64,000 nucleotides of DNA from Candidatus Eiseniibacteriota bacterium (GTDB lineage: Bacteria; Eisenbacteria; RBG-16-71-46). The stretch is from positions 64,001 to 128,000 of the forward strand of contig JBGAML010000006.1 in the NCBI GenBank assembly GCA_044223005.1, written 5' to 3'. The position numbers were made by a program, and so were the translations under genes. Positions 10,640 through 22,222 of this stretch are shown here, piece after piece; position 1 is the stretch's first letter, and the number at the start of each line of letters is the position of its first letter. The notes under the pieces are model-generated. The model had not been told where the DNA came from and made no database searches. It worked only from the letters and a program-made list of their open reading frames with translations.

Positions 10640-11917
10640 TCACTCCGGCATGATGTGCGGCGTGACCTCGATCACGAGATCGGTCTTCTTGGCCGTGGTG
10701 CTCGTGTGGCGGAAGAGCATGCCCAGCCCCGGGATGTCGCCGAGGATCGGCACGCGCGTCTCGTCCTTGGTCTGCTCCTCGTTGAGCAGGCCGCCGATGA
10801 TCACCGACGTCGAGTCGCGCAGCCGGACCGTGGTCGACGCCTGCCGCGTCGAGATGACCGGCAGGTCCTGGTTGGCGCCGTTGTAGCCGGCCACCGAGCT
10901 GACCTCGGGCCGGATCGTCGTGGTGATGTACCCGTCGGCGTTGATGAGCGGGGTGATCGCGAGCTTCACGCCGACTTCTTCCTTCTGGATCGTCTGCGTC
11001 GGCGCCGCGGCGCCGCCCGCGAAGACCGTCTGGCTGACGACGAACGGGATGCGCTGGCCGACCAGCATGGTCGCTTCCTTGCCGTTCAGCGTGGCGATCT
11101 TGGGATTCGCGAGCACGCGCGCGCTGCCGTTGTGGATCATCAGGTCCAGGAACGCGCGGAACACCTTGGGCGCGCGCGTGAAGTTCTGGAGCTTCCAGAT
11201 GTCCAGCGTCCCGGGCGTGTTGGGCACGGTGTTGGCGTCGGTGATCTTGCTGAGGTTCTCGATGTCGTCGGCCGAGAGCGTGTTGTACGTGCCCTCGACG
11301 AACACGAAGCCCTGCGAGTTCAGCTTGTCCCAGTCCACGCCGAGCTTCTTGGCGTCGTTGGTCGAGACTTCGACGATGCGCGCCTCGAGCATGACCTGGC
11401 GCGCGGGCTTGTCGAGCTGTTCCACGATCTCCTGGATCTCGGCGATGATCCGCGGGCTCGTGACCACGATGAGCCGGTTGCCGCTGCGGTCCACGTCGAT
11501 CTGGTCCGTGAGGTGCGAGAGCGCCGTCTTGACCTCGTTCGCGTCCGCGAAGCGCAGCGGCACCACGTACGAGGAGAGTCCGGTCTCCGCCTTCAGCGAC
11601 TGGGCATCCGCGACCAGGATCGAACTGCCGATGCGCTCGTAGGCCAGCCCGGCGCCACGCACGACGAGGTTCACGGCCTGCTCGACGGGCACGTCCTTGA
11701 TGTGAATCGTCAGCTTGCCGGCCGCGACGCCGGGGCCGGTGATGATGTTGAGGCCACCCTTCTCCGCGAGGATCTTGAGCACCGCCGGAAGGCTGGTCTC
11801 GTCCGCGTCGAGGCTCACCAGCCGCCCGCCCGCGAGCGAATCGGCGGGGATCGGGCGCGGGGCCACGCCGAGCATCGCCACGGCGGCGGCGATCAGCGTC
11901 AGTCGCTTGAGGTTCAC
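10640..11917 (-). CDS. pilQ: Secretin (PilQ/GspD family; short STN-N3-secretin, no AMIN)
   Basis: LDKPARQVMLEARIVE, VPILGDIPGLGMLF, VTPHI; signal peptide. Confidence 0.88.
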   Translation of the reverse strand: MNLKRLTLIAAAVAMLGVAPRPIPADSLAGGRLVSLDADETSLPAVLKILAEKGGLNIITGPGVAAGKLTIHIKDVPVEQAVNLVVRGAGLAYERIGSSILVADAQSLKAETGLSSYVVPLRFADANEVKTALSHLTDQIDVDRSGNRLIVVTSPRIIAEIQEIVEQLDKPARQVMLEARIVEVSTNDAKKLGVDWDKLNSQGFVFVEGTYNTLSADDIENLSKITDANTVPNTPGTLDIWKLQNFTRAPKVFRAFLDLMIHNGSARVLANPKIATLNGKEATMLVGQRIPFVVSQTVFAGGAAAPTQTIQKEEVGVKLAITPLINADGYITTTIRPEVSSVAGYNGANQDLPVISTRQASTTVRLRDSTSVIIGGLLNEEQTKDETRVPILGDIPGLGMLFRHTSTTAKKTDLVIEVTPHIMPE

Positions 11918-11920
11918 GCG

Positions 11921-12412
11921 TCAGTCTCCTTGCGGCTTGAGTTGAAGGACGAACGTCTCGGATCCGCGCGACAGGGTCACCTGCGTGCGCGTGATGCTCA
12001 CCACCTGGAACTCGTCGAAGAGCCCGCCCGAGCGCACCGTCCAGTCACGCCCGTTCCAGCGCACCAGTGCGCGCGGATCGGCGTCCCAGACGATCGCCGT
12101 CAGCACCGGCCGCTCGGGCGGCGGCGGCACGACGGGCTTGCGGACCACCGGCTTCGAATCGGTCGGGACCGGCGCGGGGGCGGAGCCGAGCGAGAACGGG
12201 TCGCGCGTGCCGCCACCGGCCGGAGCCGCATCGGTGCGCGCGAGCGCGGCCTCGACGGGCGCCACGGGGTCGTCGGCCGCCTGCCGCAGCGCCACGGCGC
12301 CGCGCCCCCAGACGCCGCTCGCGCGCAGCGCGCCGGCCGTCTGCAGGCCGATGAACCCGAAGATCGCGAGCGCCAGCAGCACCTTGAGCACGCCGCCGAT
12401 GTCGCGGTTCAC
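11921..12412 (-). CDS. PilP/GspC-like assembly protein
   Basis: N-terminal TM, RDPF motif, Pro linker, LTAIVW...ALV beta domain; lies between pilO and pilQ. Confidence 0.6.
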   Translation of the reverse strand: MNRDIGGVLKVLLALAIFGFIGLQTAGALRASGVWGRGAVALRQAADDPVAPVEAALARTDAAPAGGGTRDPFSLGSAPAPVPTDSKPVVRKPVVPPPPERPVLTAIVWDADPRALVRWNGRDWTVRSGGLFDEFQVVSITRTQVTLSRGSETFVLQLKPQGD

Positions 12413-12975
12413 TTCGCACCTCCCGAGCGCTTGACGACGCAGCCCGCGATCCAGAGCTCGATGTCCTCGGCGCCCGCCTCGGACGGCTGGATCGAGAAAC
12501 GCTCGATCGCGTAGAGCTTGCCGCTGCGCGTCAGCTCGTCGAGCATGGACACCAGTTCGTCGTAGTGGCCGCGCAGGCGCAGGTGCGCGCGCAGCTCGAG
12601 CGTGCCGTTCTGCTGCGTGAGCAGGCCCGGCTCGGCGACCACGGTTTCGAGGCCGTGGCGGCTCGCGAGGCTCGACAGGTTCTGCAGCATGGCCGCCGTG
12701 AGCTCGCCGGACTGGCCGCGCATCGTCGCCTCGGAGGCCGGCAGCGAATTGTCGGCGATCAGGCGGAAGAGCCGCGGCGAGAGCGGCATCTGCGCCGCCG
12801 GGTGCTGCGGGTCGACCATCAGGCCCAGCGAGGCCGCGGTCTGCAGCGAGTGCTTGTAGCGCTCGGCGAGCGGCGTGAAGCCGATGCCGTGCACGGCGGC
12901 GAAGATCGCCGCGGTGGCGATCGCCGCGAACATCGGCAGCTGGCGCCGCAGGCGGGTCGAGGTGAGCGCGTTCAT
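12409..12975 (-). CDS. PilO/GspM-like protein
   Basis: N-terminal TM, LRLRGHYDELVSML ferredoxin-like motif, synteny. Confidence 0.65.
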   Translation of the reverse strand: MNALTSTRLRRQLPMFAAIATAAIFAAVHGIGFTPLAERYKHSLQTAASLGLMVDPQHPAAQMPLSPRLFRLIADNSLPASEATMRGQSGELTAAMLQNLSSLASRHGLETVVAEPGLLTQQNGTLELRAHLRLRGHYDELVSMLDELTRSGKLYAIERFSIQPSEAGAEDIELWIAGCVVKRSGGAK

Positions 12976-13544
12976 CGGCGGCACTCGATCGTGAACTCGG
13001 CCGCGGTGCCGTCGCTGCTGGCGCGCGTGCTGACGAGCCGGATGTTCGGGTAGCTCGCGTGGAACACGCTGTCCCGCGAGAGCGAGTTCACGATGTTCAT
13101 CACCTGCGGCACGCGGTCCTGCCCGACGCCGCCGCGCAGTTCGCCCGCGATCACCAGCCGCACGTCGCTCGAGCCGCTCACGTTCTCGGGATTGAACAGC
13201 AGCTGGCGCACGCGCGCGTTGGGCGGCAGCACCTGCGGCAGCCGCGCGAGGCGGTCGCGCCAGGTGCGCAGGTCCTCGAGGTGGCGCTCGATCTCGGTGG
13301 CTTCGGTGCGGCCCGGCCGCCACGCGTCGCCCGCCGGGTGTTCGCGCAGGCGCTGGACCTGGCGCTCCACCACGCGCACGCGGCGCGCGAGCGAGGCGAA
13401 GTTGAGCCCGTAGAGCCCCAGCACCACCGCGAGCGCGCCGAAGTAGAGCACCCAGAGCCCGAGCGAGAAGGCGCGCCGGCGCGTCTTCTGCTGCTCGCGC
13501 AGGTACGCCTCACGGCGGAAGTTGATCGAGAAGACCGTGCTCAC
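12972..13544 (-). CDS. pilN: PilN-like protein
   Basis: N-terminal INF (INL-like) motif, TM, coiled coil, synteny after pilM. Confidence 0.7.
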   Translation of the reverse strand: MSTVFSINFRREAYLREQQKTRRRAFSLGLWVLYFGALAVVLGLYGLNFASLARRVRVVERQVQRLREHPAGDAWRPGRTEATEIERHLEDLRTWRDRLARLPQVLPPNARVRQLLFNPENVSGSSDVRLVIAGELRGGVGQDRVPQVMNIVNSLSRDSVFHASYPNIRLVSTRASSDGTAAEFTIECRR

Positions 13545-14590
13545 GCGGACCTCAGCGCCAGGCCGTAGGCCTGCGCGAACTGCGGCCCGCCCGGGGGCGC
13601 GGTGGTCCGGAACTCGGACCCGAGCGCGTCGAGCGGATCGAACACGAACGTGGGCACGTCGAGCAGCTCGGAGAGCTGGCCCGAGATGCCCGGCAGGCGC
13701 GCCGTGCTGCCGGCGATCCAGAGCGAGAAGGGATCCGGCAGCGGGGCGAGCGTGCGGTAGAAGGCGAACGAGCGGCGCAGCTCGTCGGCGAGCTGGCGCA
13801 GCGAGGCTGCGACGCCCTGCATCTCGGGCGAATCCGGCTTCACGCGCAGGGTCGGGTCGTCGTCACCGGCCTCGAGCTTCCATTCCTCGGCCTCCTCGAA
13901 CGGCACCCGCGTCGCCTGCGCGATCGCCTGCGTGACGCGCACGCCGCCGAAATCGAGCCGGCGCGAGAAGTAGGGCGCGCCGCGCTGGAAGAGCGTGAGC
14001 CACGAGCCCGAGTGCCCGATGTCGAGCAGCACGCGCGCCTCGGTGTCGCGTGCCGTGCCCTTGCTGAGCGCGTTGGTCAGCGCGAGCGGCGCGGCGTCCA
14101 CGATGTCCGGTTCGATCCCGAGCTGGCGAAGCGGCGCCAGCGCGCGCTCGAGCCGCGGCTGCGGCACCGCCGCGAGCAGCACCTCGAGGCGCTTGTCCGA
14201 CGCGAACCGGCCCAGCACCTGGTAGTCGATCACGCAGCTCGCCGGGTCGAACGGCAGGTGCTTGCGCGCCTCGAATCGGAGCGCCCCCGGGACTTCGTCG
14301 TCGTCCATCATGGGGAGCTGCACCTGCTTCACGATCACGTCCCCGCTGGCCAGGCCGAGCGTGAACCCGGCGAAGGAGCGGTTGGTGAGGCCGGCCAGCC
14401 GGAAGCACTCCGAGATGGCCTTCGCGAGCGCGTCCGGGGGCAGCGCCGCGTCGCCCTCGGCGCGCGGGAGCGCGACTTCGGAGACGAAATGGCGCGAGCC
14501 GCCCACGCCCGGCTGGAGGGCGAGCAGCTTGATGCTGTACTCACCGACGTCGAGACCCGCCCACGGGCGGGCACGGAGGCCCACGTTCAT
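13541..14590 (-). CDS. pilM: Type IV pilus assembly protein PilM
   Basis: GLDVG..SIK, EARKHLPF, IDYQ, LDIG, FGG, AYGLALR. Confidence 0.88.
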   Translation of the reverse strand: MNVGLRARPWAGLDVGEYSIKLLALQPGVGGSRHFVSEVALPRAEGDAALPPDALAKAISECFRLAGLTNRSFAGFTLGLASGDVIVKQVQLPMMDDDEVPGALRFEARKHLPFDPASCVIDYQVLGRFASDKRLEVLLAAVPQPRLERALAPLRQLGIEPDIVDAAPLALTNALSKGTARDTEARVLLDIGHSGSWLTLFQRGAPYFSRRLDFGGVRVTQAIAQATRVPFEEAEEWKLEAGDDDPTLRVKPDSPEMQGVAASLRQLADELRRSFAFYRTLAPLPDPFSLWIAGSTARLPGISGQLSELLDVPTFVFDPLDALGSEFRTTAPPGGPQFAQAYGLALRSA

Positions 14591-14605
14591 CCGCGGGAAC
14601 CTACT

Positions 14606-15859
14606 TCAAGGCGTCAGGTCCCGCCAGCTTCCCGGCACGAGCGCGAACTTGTCACTCGCGGCGCCCTGCGGACGGGGAAGGCAGCGAGCCTGGATGGCGT
14701 CGATCAGCGGGTTCATGACCGCCGCGTTGTACGCCATGTTGAAGTGCGGGTGCGCCGGGGGCGGGGAGGGATTGCTCTCCCAGGGGCCGGTCATCTCGAG
14801 GTTCCGGCAGTAGACCGACAGGTTGAACGCGAAGTTGTCGTTCTGGAGGTAGCCCTGGTCGGCGTCGAGGTCGATGTCGCCGTCGCTCGCGAGGATCATC
14901 GGGCAGGCGCCCGTCACCTGCATGCCGCCGCTGAAGGCGATGCCCTTGGGGTTTGCACCCTTGCGGTTGGCGACGAGGATCAGGCAGTCGTCGGCCTGGC
15001 CGCTGTGGTCCACGAAGAACTGGAGCGGGATGTTGGCCCCGTTCTGCAGCAGCCAGACGACGGTGCCCGTCACGTGCACGTTGAGTCGCTTGTTCTCGTT
15101 GAAGTCGAAGTTCGCGTCCGTTCCCGCCGGCGAGGTCACCGTGTAGAAGCTCGGGCTGCCGAGGGGCGCGGTGAGCGACAGGTTGTCCTCGGTGACCGTC
15201 GACGTCACGACGACGTTGGTGGCTTCCCCGAGATGATCGGTGATGAACTGGCCCGCGTCCGGCGGTGGGACCGGCTCCGTGCGCAGCGAACCGCTGGCCC
15301 ACGTCACCTGCGCGGCGCCCCAGTTGAGGCGGTTTCCCTGCAGCCAGATGTCCCCGTTCAGGATGATGGTGTTCTCCCGATCGTGTCCGCCGGCGTCCTT
15401 GATCGCCGTGATGTTCCCGCCGACGGTGAACAGCCGCTTGTAGAAGTTGTCCGTGCTCTGCGGCAGGTAGCGCGCGGTGACCGTACGCGACTCGGCGCCC
15501 TGGCCGGCGGTGACGCTGACGTAGACCGTGTCGGAGAAGCCGGTGCGCATCGTGCCCGTCGAGACCAGGTTGTAGGGCGCGACGAGCGACCGCTGGGACG
15601 CGACCGCGGCCGTGACCCCGTCGACGCCCACGGCCTGCGCGGCGTTGTCGAGCGAGTCGTTCTTCGCGACCAGCGCGAGCACCATGGCGATGCCGCCCTG
15701 CGCACGGTAAAGCGCCGCGTTCTCGTCGTGCGTCTGCTGCAGGAAGACGGCCTCGTAGCTCGAGAGCCCGTAGAGCGTGATCCCGAGGATGGTGAGCGCC
15801 AGCACCAGCATCACCACGCCGACCAGCACGAAGCCCCGCTGCGGTGCGCGCGCGCTCAT
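14606..15859 (-). CDS. PilX/GspK-like large minor pilin
   Basis: QRG|FVLVGV prepilin lacking Glu5, ALYRAQGGI, C-terminal SWRD. Confidence 0.7.
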   Translation of the reverse strand: MSARAPQRGFVLVGVVMLVLALTILGITLYGLSSYEAVFLQQTHDENAALYRAQGGIAMVLALVAKNDSLDNAAQAVGVDGVTAAVASQRSLVAPYNLVSTGTMRTGFSDTVYVSVTAGQGAESRTVTARYLPQSTDNFYKRLFTVGGNITAIKDAGGHDRENTIILNGDIWLQGNRLNWGAAQVTWASGSLRTEPVPPPDAGQFITDHLGEATNVVVTSTVTEDNLSLTAPLGSPSFYTVTSPAGTDANFDFNENKRLNVHVTGTVVWLLQNGANIPLQFFVDHSGQADDCLILVANRKGANPKGIAFSGGMQVTGACPMILASDGDIDLDADQGYLQNDNFAFNLSVYCRNLEMTGPWESNPSPPPAHPHFNMAYNAAVMNPLIDAIQARCLPRPQGAASDKFALVPGSWRDLTP

Positions 15860-16359
15860 GGCTTGCCGTTCATGAGGCGTGCGCTGGTGCCCATGGAGAC
15901 CAGTTCGCCCTGCGAGGTCCGCAGCAGCAGCTGGCGCACGAACACCATCTGCGCATCCACCGCGCCGACGCGGAACCGGATCACCGGGCTCACGGTCATC
16001 GCGCCGCGGTCCTCGCCGACGTTGCGGTAGCCCTCGTGCAGCGAGCTGTCCGCGGCCCACCAGTAGGAGTAGGTGGACTCGGGCGGCGCGCCGAAGGGTG
16101 TGAGGTTCAGCTGGCAGTGGTCGGCGTCCGGTGTCTGGGCGACGGTCACGACCGCGGACCCGTGTGCACGGTGCCGGATCGACTCCAGCACCAGCGTCGC
16201 CTCGCGCTGCGTCATGGCCTGCGCCGAGCCGTCCATCCACGTCGCCTGCGAGTTCAGGTAGAAGGCGACGAGGCCGGTCATGACGAGCGTGGCGAGCACC
16301 ATCACGACCGTGACTTCGGTCAGGGTCAGGCCGCGTTCGGGGTTCCGGGCGCCGTTCAT
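15856..16359 (-). CDS. Minor pilin (PilW/GspJ-like)
   Basis: ERG|LTLTE prepilin motif. Confidence 0.8.
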   Translation of the reverse strand: MNGARNPERGLTLTEVTVVMVLATLVMTGLVAFYLNSQATWMDGSAQAMTQREATLVLESIRHRAHGSAVVTVAQTPDADHCQLNLTPFGAPPESTYSYWWAADSSLHEGYRNVGEDRGAMTVSPVIRFRVGAVDAQMVFVRQLLLRTSQGELVSMGTSARLMNGKP

Positions 16360-16793
16360 GGTTTCGCGAAGAGTCTCCGGTACTGGAGCGAATCGTTGAG
16401 GCCGCCCAGCGACCAGTTCGCCGTGACGGTCACGTTCACCAGGTCGTCCTTCACCGGGTTCGCCGGGTCCGGAGCGCTGACCACCCAGTTTACCGTGCCG
16501 ATGGCGACGCCGTTGTAGACGAGCGGGATCGCCGGGTTCGGGCGCGGGCCGCCGAGCGTGAGGTCGGTGCCCGCGAGCGAGAGCGAGTCCATCGCCCCGG
16601 CGGCCAGCCCGTCGGCGATGCGGGCGGCCTCGTAGCGGTTGATGAAGCCGCGCCCGAGCCCGAACGAATACGCCAGGCCCAGCACCGCGATCACCGAGAT
16701 CACGGTGGCGACGATCGCCTCCATCAGCGAAAACCCAGACTCCGCGGCGCGTGCTGCGGCGCGCGCGTGAGCCTGGGTCTGCCCGCCGTTCAT
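16356..16793 (-). CDS. Minor pilin (PilV/GspI-like)
   Basis: SG|FSLME prepilin motif. Confidence 0.8.
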   Translation of the reverse strand: MNGGQTQAHARAAARAAESGFSLMEAIVATVISVIAVLGLAYSFGLGRGFINRYEAARIADGLAAGAMDSLSLAGTDLTLGGPRPNPAIPLVYNGVAIGTVNWVVSAPDPANPVKDDLVNVTVTANWSLGGLNDSLQYRRLFAKP

Positions 16794-16810
16794 CAGGACG
16801 TCGCGTTCGA

Positions 16811-17203
16811 TCAGAACGGAGCCCAGGGATCGCCGCCCGCGCTCGGCGGATACGTGTAGTACACGTTGCGTCCCGAGGTGGGCTGCCCCGACTTGCCGGC
16901 CGCCACCACCTTGAAGCCCGTCGCCGTCGCGTCGGACAGCGTGAAGCCCCAGTTGATCTGCGCCTCGGTGAGGTCGACGTTGAGGTTCGCGAGCTGGTCC
17001 GTGTACGCGCCGTGGACCTGCTTGTACGTCTGCTCGGCCGTCACGATCGCGCCGATCGCGCCCTTCGCCTCGGTGTCGCGGGCGTCGTTGACGTAGTTGA
17101 TGTAGAGCGGCACCGCCACGGCGGCGAGGATCGCGACGATCACGATCACCACCATGAGTTCCATGAGCGTGAAGCCGCGCTGCAAGTTGCGGAATCGCTG
17201 CAT
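16811..17203 (-). CDS. Probable major type IV pilin
   Basis: QRG|FTLMELMVVIVIVAILAAVAVP; strong SD GAGGAGG. Confidence 0.85.
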   Translation of the reverse strand: MQRFRNLQRGFTLMELMVVIVIVAILAAVAVPLYINYVNDARDTEAKGAIGAIVTAEQTYKQVHGAYTDQLANLNVDLTEAQINWGFTLSDATATGFKVVAAGKSGQPTSGRNVYYTYPPSAGGDPWAPF

Positions 17204-17295
17204 CCGAACCTCCTCGTCAAACGTGCTGCGTGGACGCCGGCCCCAACGAGCCACTTCTGCCGTGGCGCGGGTGTCCGACCGGGGATGGACTTCTG

Positions 17296-18579
17296 TCAGT
17301 GACCGACCAAACCGGAGCGCATCGCCTGGCCGAGCTTGAAGATCGGCAGGTACAACGAGATCAACATGACGCCGATGACCGCGCCCAGCACCACGATGGC
17401 GATCGGTTCGACGAGCGACGAGAGGCCGTCGACCTTCGCCGTCACGCGCTGCTCGTAGAAATCCGCGGTGCGCGTCAGCATCTGGTCGAGCTTGCCCGTC
17501 TCTTCGCCCGTCGCGGTCATCTGGACGAGCATGTCCGGGAACACCCCGACGTCGCTCATGGCCCGCGAGAGCGAGATGCCCTCCTCGACCTGCGAGCGGA
17601 CGTCGTCGATGCCCCGTTCCAGCACCTTGTTCCCCGGCACCGGGCGCATGACCTTGAGCGCGCCCAGGATCTGGGTGCCGCTGGCGGTCAGGATGCCCAG
17701 GGTCCGGGCGAACTTGCTAATAGCATACATGCCGATGAGCGGCCCGAAGATGGGCAAATTCAATTTCAGCCGATCCATGAAGAAGCGCCCGCGATCGCTT
17801 GCGGCCCAAGTGGTTACGGCGAACCACCCGAGGATGCCCAAGGCCAGGACCAGGGGGATGTTGGCCGTCGCAGCGTGGCTGACGGCCAGCAGGATGCGGG
17901 TCGGCAGGGGGAGCTCGACCTTGAACCGGGCATAGATGGCCGAGAACATCGGCACGATCTTGAACAGCATCGCGAGGAACACGAGCACGGCGAAGGTCAG
18001 CACGAAGATGGGGTAGCGGAGCGCCGCCTCGACCTTGAGCCGCAACGTTTCGGCGCGTTCGAGGTAGCTCGCGGTGTGGTCCATGACCTGGTCCAGGGTG
18101 CCGCTCACCTCGCCGGTCTGGACGAGGCTCACAAACACCTCGTCGAACACGTGCGGGTGGCGCGCGAGCGCCGCCCCGAGCGAGTCGCCCTTCTGCACGT
18201 CGTCGCCCACGCGCTCGAGCACGACCGCGAGCTTGGCGTCGTGGTGGTCGCGCGCGATGGAGCGCAGCGAGCGCACCATGGGCAGCCCCGCCGAGATCAT
18301 GGTCGACAGCTGGCGCGCGAAGAGCGCCACCGAGCCCGGCTGCACACCGCCGCGGACGCGCTGTACGCCGGCGCCCAGCTGCGCCGCGAGGCGCGCGAGG
18401 AGGCCGGTACCGGCGGCCTCGGCGGCGGTGCCGCCGCTGCCACCGCGCACCTCGATGAACACGGGAGTCAACTGCTGGCCCGCGAGCAGGCGCAGGACCT
18501 CGTCCTCGCTCTGCGCGACCTCGATGCCCTCGTGGGCACGGCCGCTCGCGTCGCGGGCGCGGTAGTAGAAGTTCGGCAT
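17296..18579 (-). CDS. pilC: Inner-membrane platform PilC/GspF
   Basis: FARQLSTMISAG, GEVSGTL, GEETGKL, SLVEP, YLPIF. Confidence 0.92.
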   Translation of the reverse strand: MPNFYYRARDASGRAHEGIEVAQSEDEVLRLLAGQQLTPVFIEVRGGSGGTAAEAAGTGLLARLAAQLGAGVQRVRGGVQPGSVALFARQLSTMISAGLPMVRSLRSIARDHHDAKLAVVLERVGDDVQKGDSLGAALARHPHVFDEVFVSLVQTGEVSGTLDQVMDHTASYLERAETLRLKVEAALRYPIFVLTFAVLVFLAMLFKIVPMFSAIYARFKVELPLPTRILLAVSHAATANIPLVLALGILGWFAVTTWAASDRGRFFMDRLKLNLPIFGPLIGMYAISKFARTLGILTASGTQILGALKVMRPVPGNKVLERGIDDVRSQVEEGISLSRAMSDVGVFPDMLVQMTATGEETGKLDQMLTRTADFYEQRVTAKVDGLSSLVEPIAIVVLGAVIGVMLISLYLPIFKLGQAMRSGLVGH

Positions 18580-20302
18580 CAGTCGGAATCCCCGAGGGTG
18601 GCCGCGCGCACTTCGTCGATCGTGGTGACGCCGTCGATGATCTTCTGGATGCCCGCCTTGCGCAGCGTCACGAAGCCCGACTTGAGCGCGCCCTTGCGGA
18701 TCTCGTCCTCGTTCTGGCCGTCGAGCACCATGCGGCGGATGTTGCGGTTGAGCTCGAGCACCTCGAACAGCGCGGTGCGGCCCATGTAGCCGGTCTGCTT
18801 GCAGTGCATGCAGCCGCGGCCGCGCACGAGCGGGCGCGAGCGCAGCGCGTCGCCGTCGTCGCCGAGCGAGGCGAGCAGCTCGGGCTCGGGCTGGAACGCT
18901 TCCTTGCAGCGGTCGCAGATGCGGCGCACGAGGCGCTGCGCCATGACCATGCTCATGGCCGAGCCCACGAGGTAGCGCGGGATGCCCATGTCGATCAGTC
19001 GCGTGAGCGTTCCGGGCGCGTCGTTGGCGTGCACGGTGGAGAAGACGAGGTGGCCCGTGAGCGCCGACTTGACCGCGATGTCCGCGGTCTCGGTGTCGCG
19101 GATCTCACCGATCATGACCACGTCGGGGTCCTGGCGCAGGATCGAGCGCAGGGCGCGGGCGAACGTGAGCCCGACCTTGGCGTTCGCGTGCACCTGGCTC
19201 ACCGCGTCGATGTGGTACTCGATCGGGTCCTCGACCGTGACGAGGTTGCGGTGGACGCTGCGGATGTCCTGCAGCGCCGAGTAGAGCGTCGTGGTCTTGC
19301 CGCTGCCGGTGGGCCCCGAGATGAGGATCATCCCGTAGGGCTGGCGGATCACGCGCTGGAACGCGGTGAGCGTGTCGCCCTCGAGCCCGAGGTGCGAGAT
19401 CTGCCGCTCGAACGCGCTCTTGTCGAAGAGACGCATCACGACCTTCTCGCCCTGCGAGGTCGGCAGCGTCGAGACGCGCAGGTCCACCTCGCGGTCGGGC
19501 AGGTGCACGGTGAGCCGGCCGTCCTGCGGCAGCAGCCGCACGGCGATGTCGAGGTCGGCGAGCACCTTGATGCGCGAGACGATCGCCATCTGCATGTTCT
19601 TGGGTGGCTTCATCACCTCGTGCAGCACGCCGTCGATGCGGAAGCGCACCGTGACGCGGTCGCGCATGGGCTCGACGTGGATGTCGCTCGCGCGCTGGTC
19701 GATGGCCTCGGCGATCATCAGGTTGACGAGCCGTACGACCGGCGCGTCCTCGACCTGCTGGCGCAGGGCGGCGAGGTCGACTTCCTCGCCCTCCTCGTCC
19801 GCGGCGGAGACGTCGACCTTGTCGAGGATCGCGCCGAGGTGCTCGCTGGCGCGCAGCTCGGAGTAGAAGCCGTCGATCGCCTCGCGCACCTCGGTCGGGC
19901 GCCCGATCCACACCTTGAGCTGCAGCCCGGTCAGGGCGCGCAGGTGGTCGAGCGAGATGACGTTGAGCGGGTCGCCGACCGCGACCTCGAGCGTGTCGGC
20001 GGTGCGGGCGAGCGCCAGCACCTGCGCTTCGCGCGCGAGCGACTCGGGAATCAGCTGCACCACCGAGCGGTCTGCGTGCGCCAGCTGTTCGGCGTCCGCG
20101 ACCGGAAGCGAGAACTGCTCGCCGAGCACGGCGACGACGTCGGCCTCGCTCATGAGCCCGAGCCGCACGACCGTCTGGCCCAGGCGCTCCCGCGCGTCCT
20201 CGCGCGCGGCCAGCGCCTGCTGCACCTGGTCGGGCGTCAGCTTGCCGCGCTCGATCAGGATCTCGCCGAGACGGCGCGTCGACAGCCGGTACGAGGTCGG
20301 CA

Positions 20303-20303
<1 letters not shown>
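18579..20303 (-). CDS. pilB: Pilus assembly ATPase PilB/GspE with N-terminal MshEN
   Basis: RLGEILI..G tandem motif, GPTGSGKTT, LRQDPD, GEIRD, TGHLVFSTVH, CxxC pairs. Confidence 0.93.
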
Positions 20304-21412
<1,109 letters not shown>

Positions 21413-22038
21413 GGGTGCGTCGATTCTCGACCTCGCCGCGCGCGCCGTGAGAGGGCCGGGGCAGGGCCGATCTCGATCGGTGCGCGATGAAAGGTGTCGT
21501 CAGCCGCCAGGAAGGTCCTGCCGGGAGGGCGGCCCGTTTCGGGGACGAAACGCGAAAAATGCGCTCGCAAGGGGCTCCGGTGTCTTCCGAAGATGCGTTC
21601 GCAAAGCATAGGGAAAGCGTCGCCTCGACGTCAACGACCTCGCGATGCGCGAGTCGTCACCAAAAATCGTGTGGAACTCCCGGGAGTGCGATCGGGTAGG
21701 AGCGGGTGCGGACCGCGATTTTCGCGGTCGAAATCGATGTTTTCGCTGGACGCGACGCGACGCGTCTGGCATCTTCCGCCTCAGGTCCGGTCATACCCCT
21801 ATGTGACCGGTCGCCCAGGGACGGGCTCTCTCTCCGGAGCTCCCCCGGGGTATCGACATGCGACAGGGAAGGTCGCCCTGGCGTTGCAGGACGCCGGACG
21901 GAATTGCAGGTCCCCGCCCGGCGCATTGGCCAGATCCCCACGACGCACGTTCAGCGATGCTTGACGCTGCTGGCGGATGCCCTTGCATTTCCGGCACTTC
22001 ACGCGAAGTCGATGTGCGGCAGGCCTGTAGCCACATAG

Positions 22039-22054
22039 GGGCATGTTTCGTGCT
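22039..22054 (+). promoter_or_regulatory. Putative sigma54 -24/-12 promoter
   Basis: GGGCATGTTTCGTGCT (GG-N10-GC), about 170 bp upstream of the FN3 gene. Confidence 0.45.
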
Positions 22055-22222
22055 GGAGCGCCCGCGGTTCCGGACGTCGCAGTGGCTGCGACACGCCGAC
22101 CCAGGGAGCTCATCGGCATGGGGCTGACACCCCGCTGATCGCACTCTGCATCTCTGCATGGCTCGCGCGACAGGTCGTTTCCCGACTCAAGGACGGGGAC
22201 GACTGGGGTGGAGGCAACGCGG

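Noticed and set aside
17224..17242. GG-N10-GC upstream of the pilin as a sigma54 promoter
   Set aside because: Poor match to consensus and too close to the SD.
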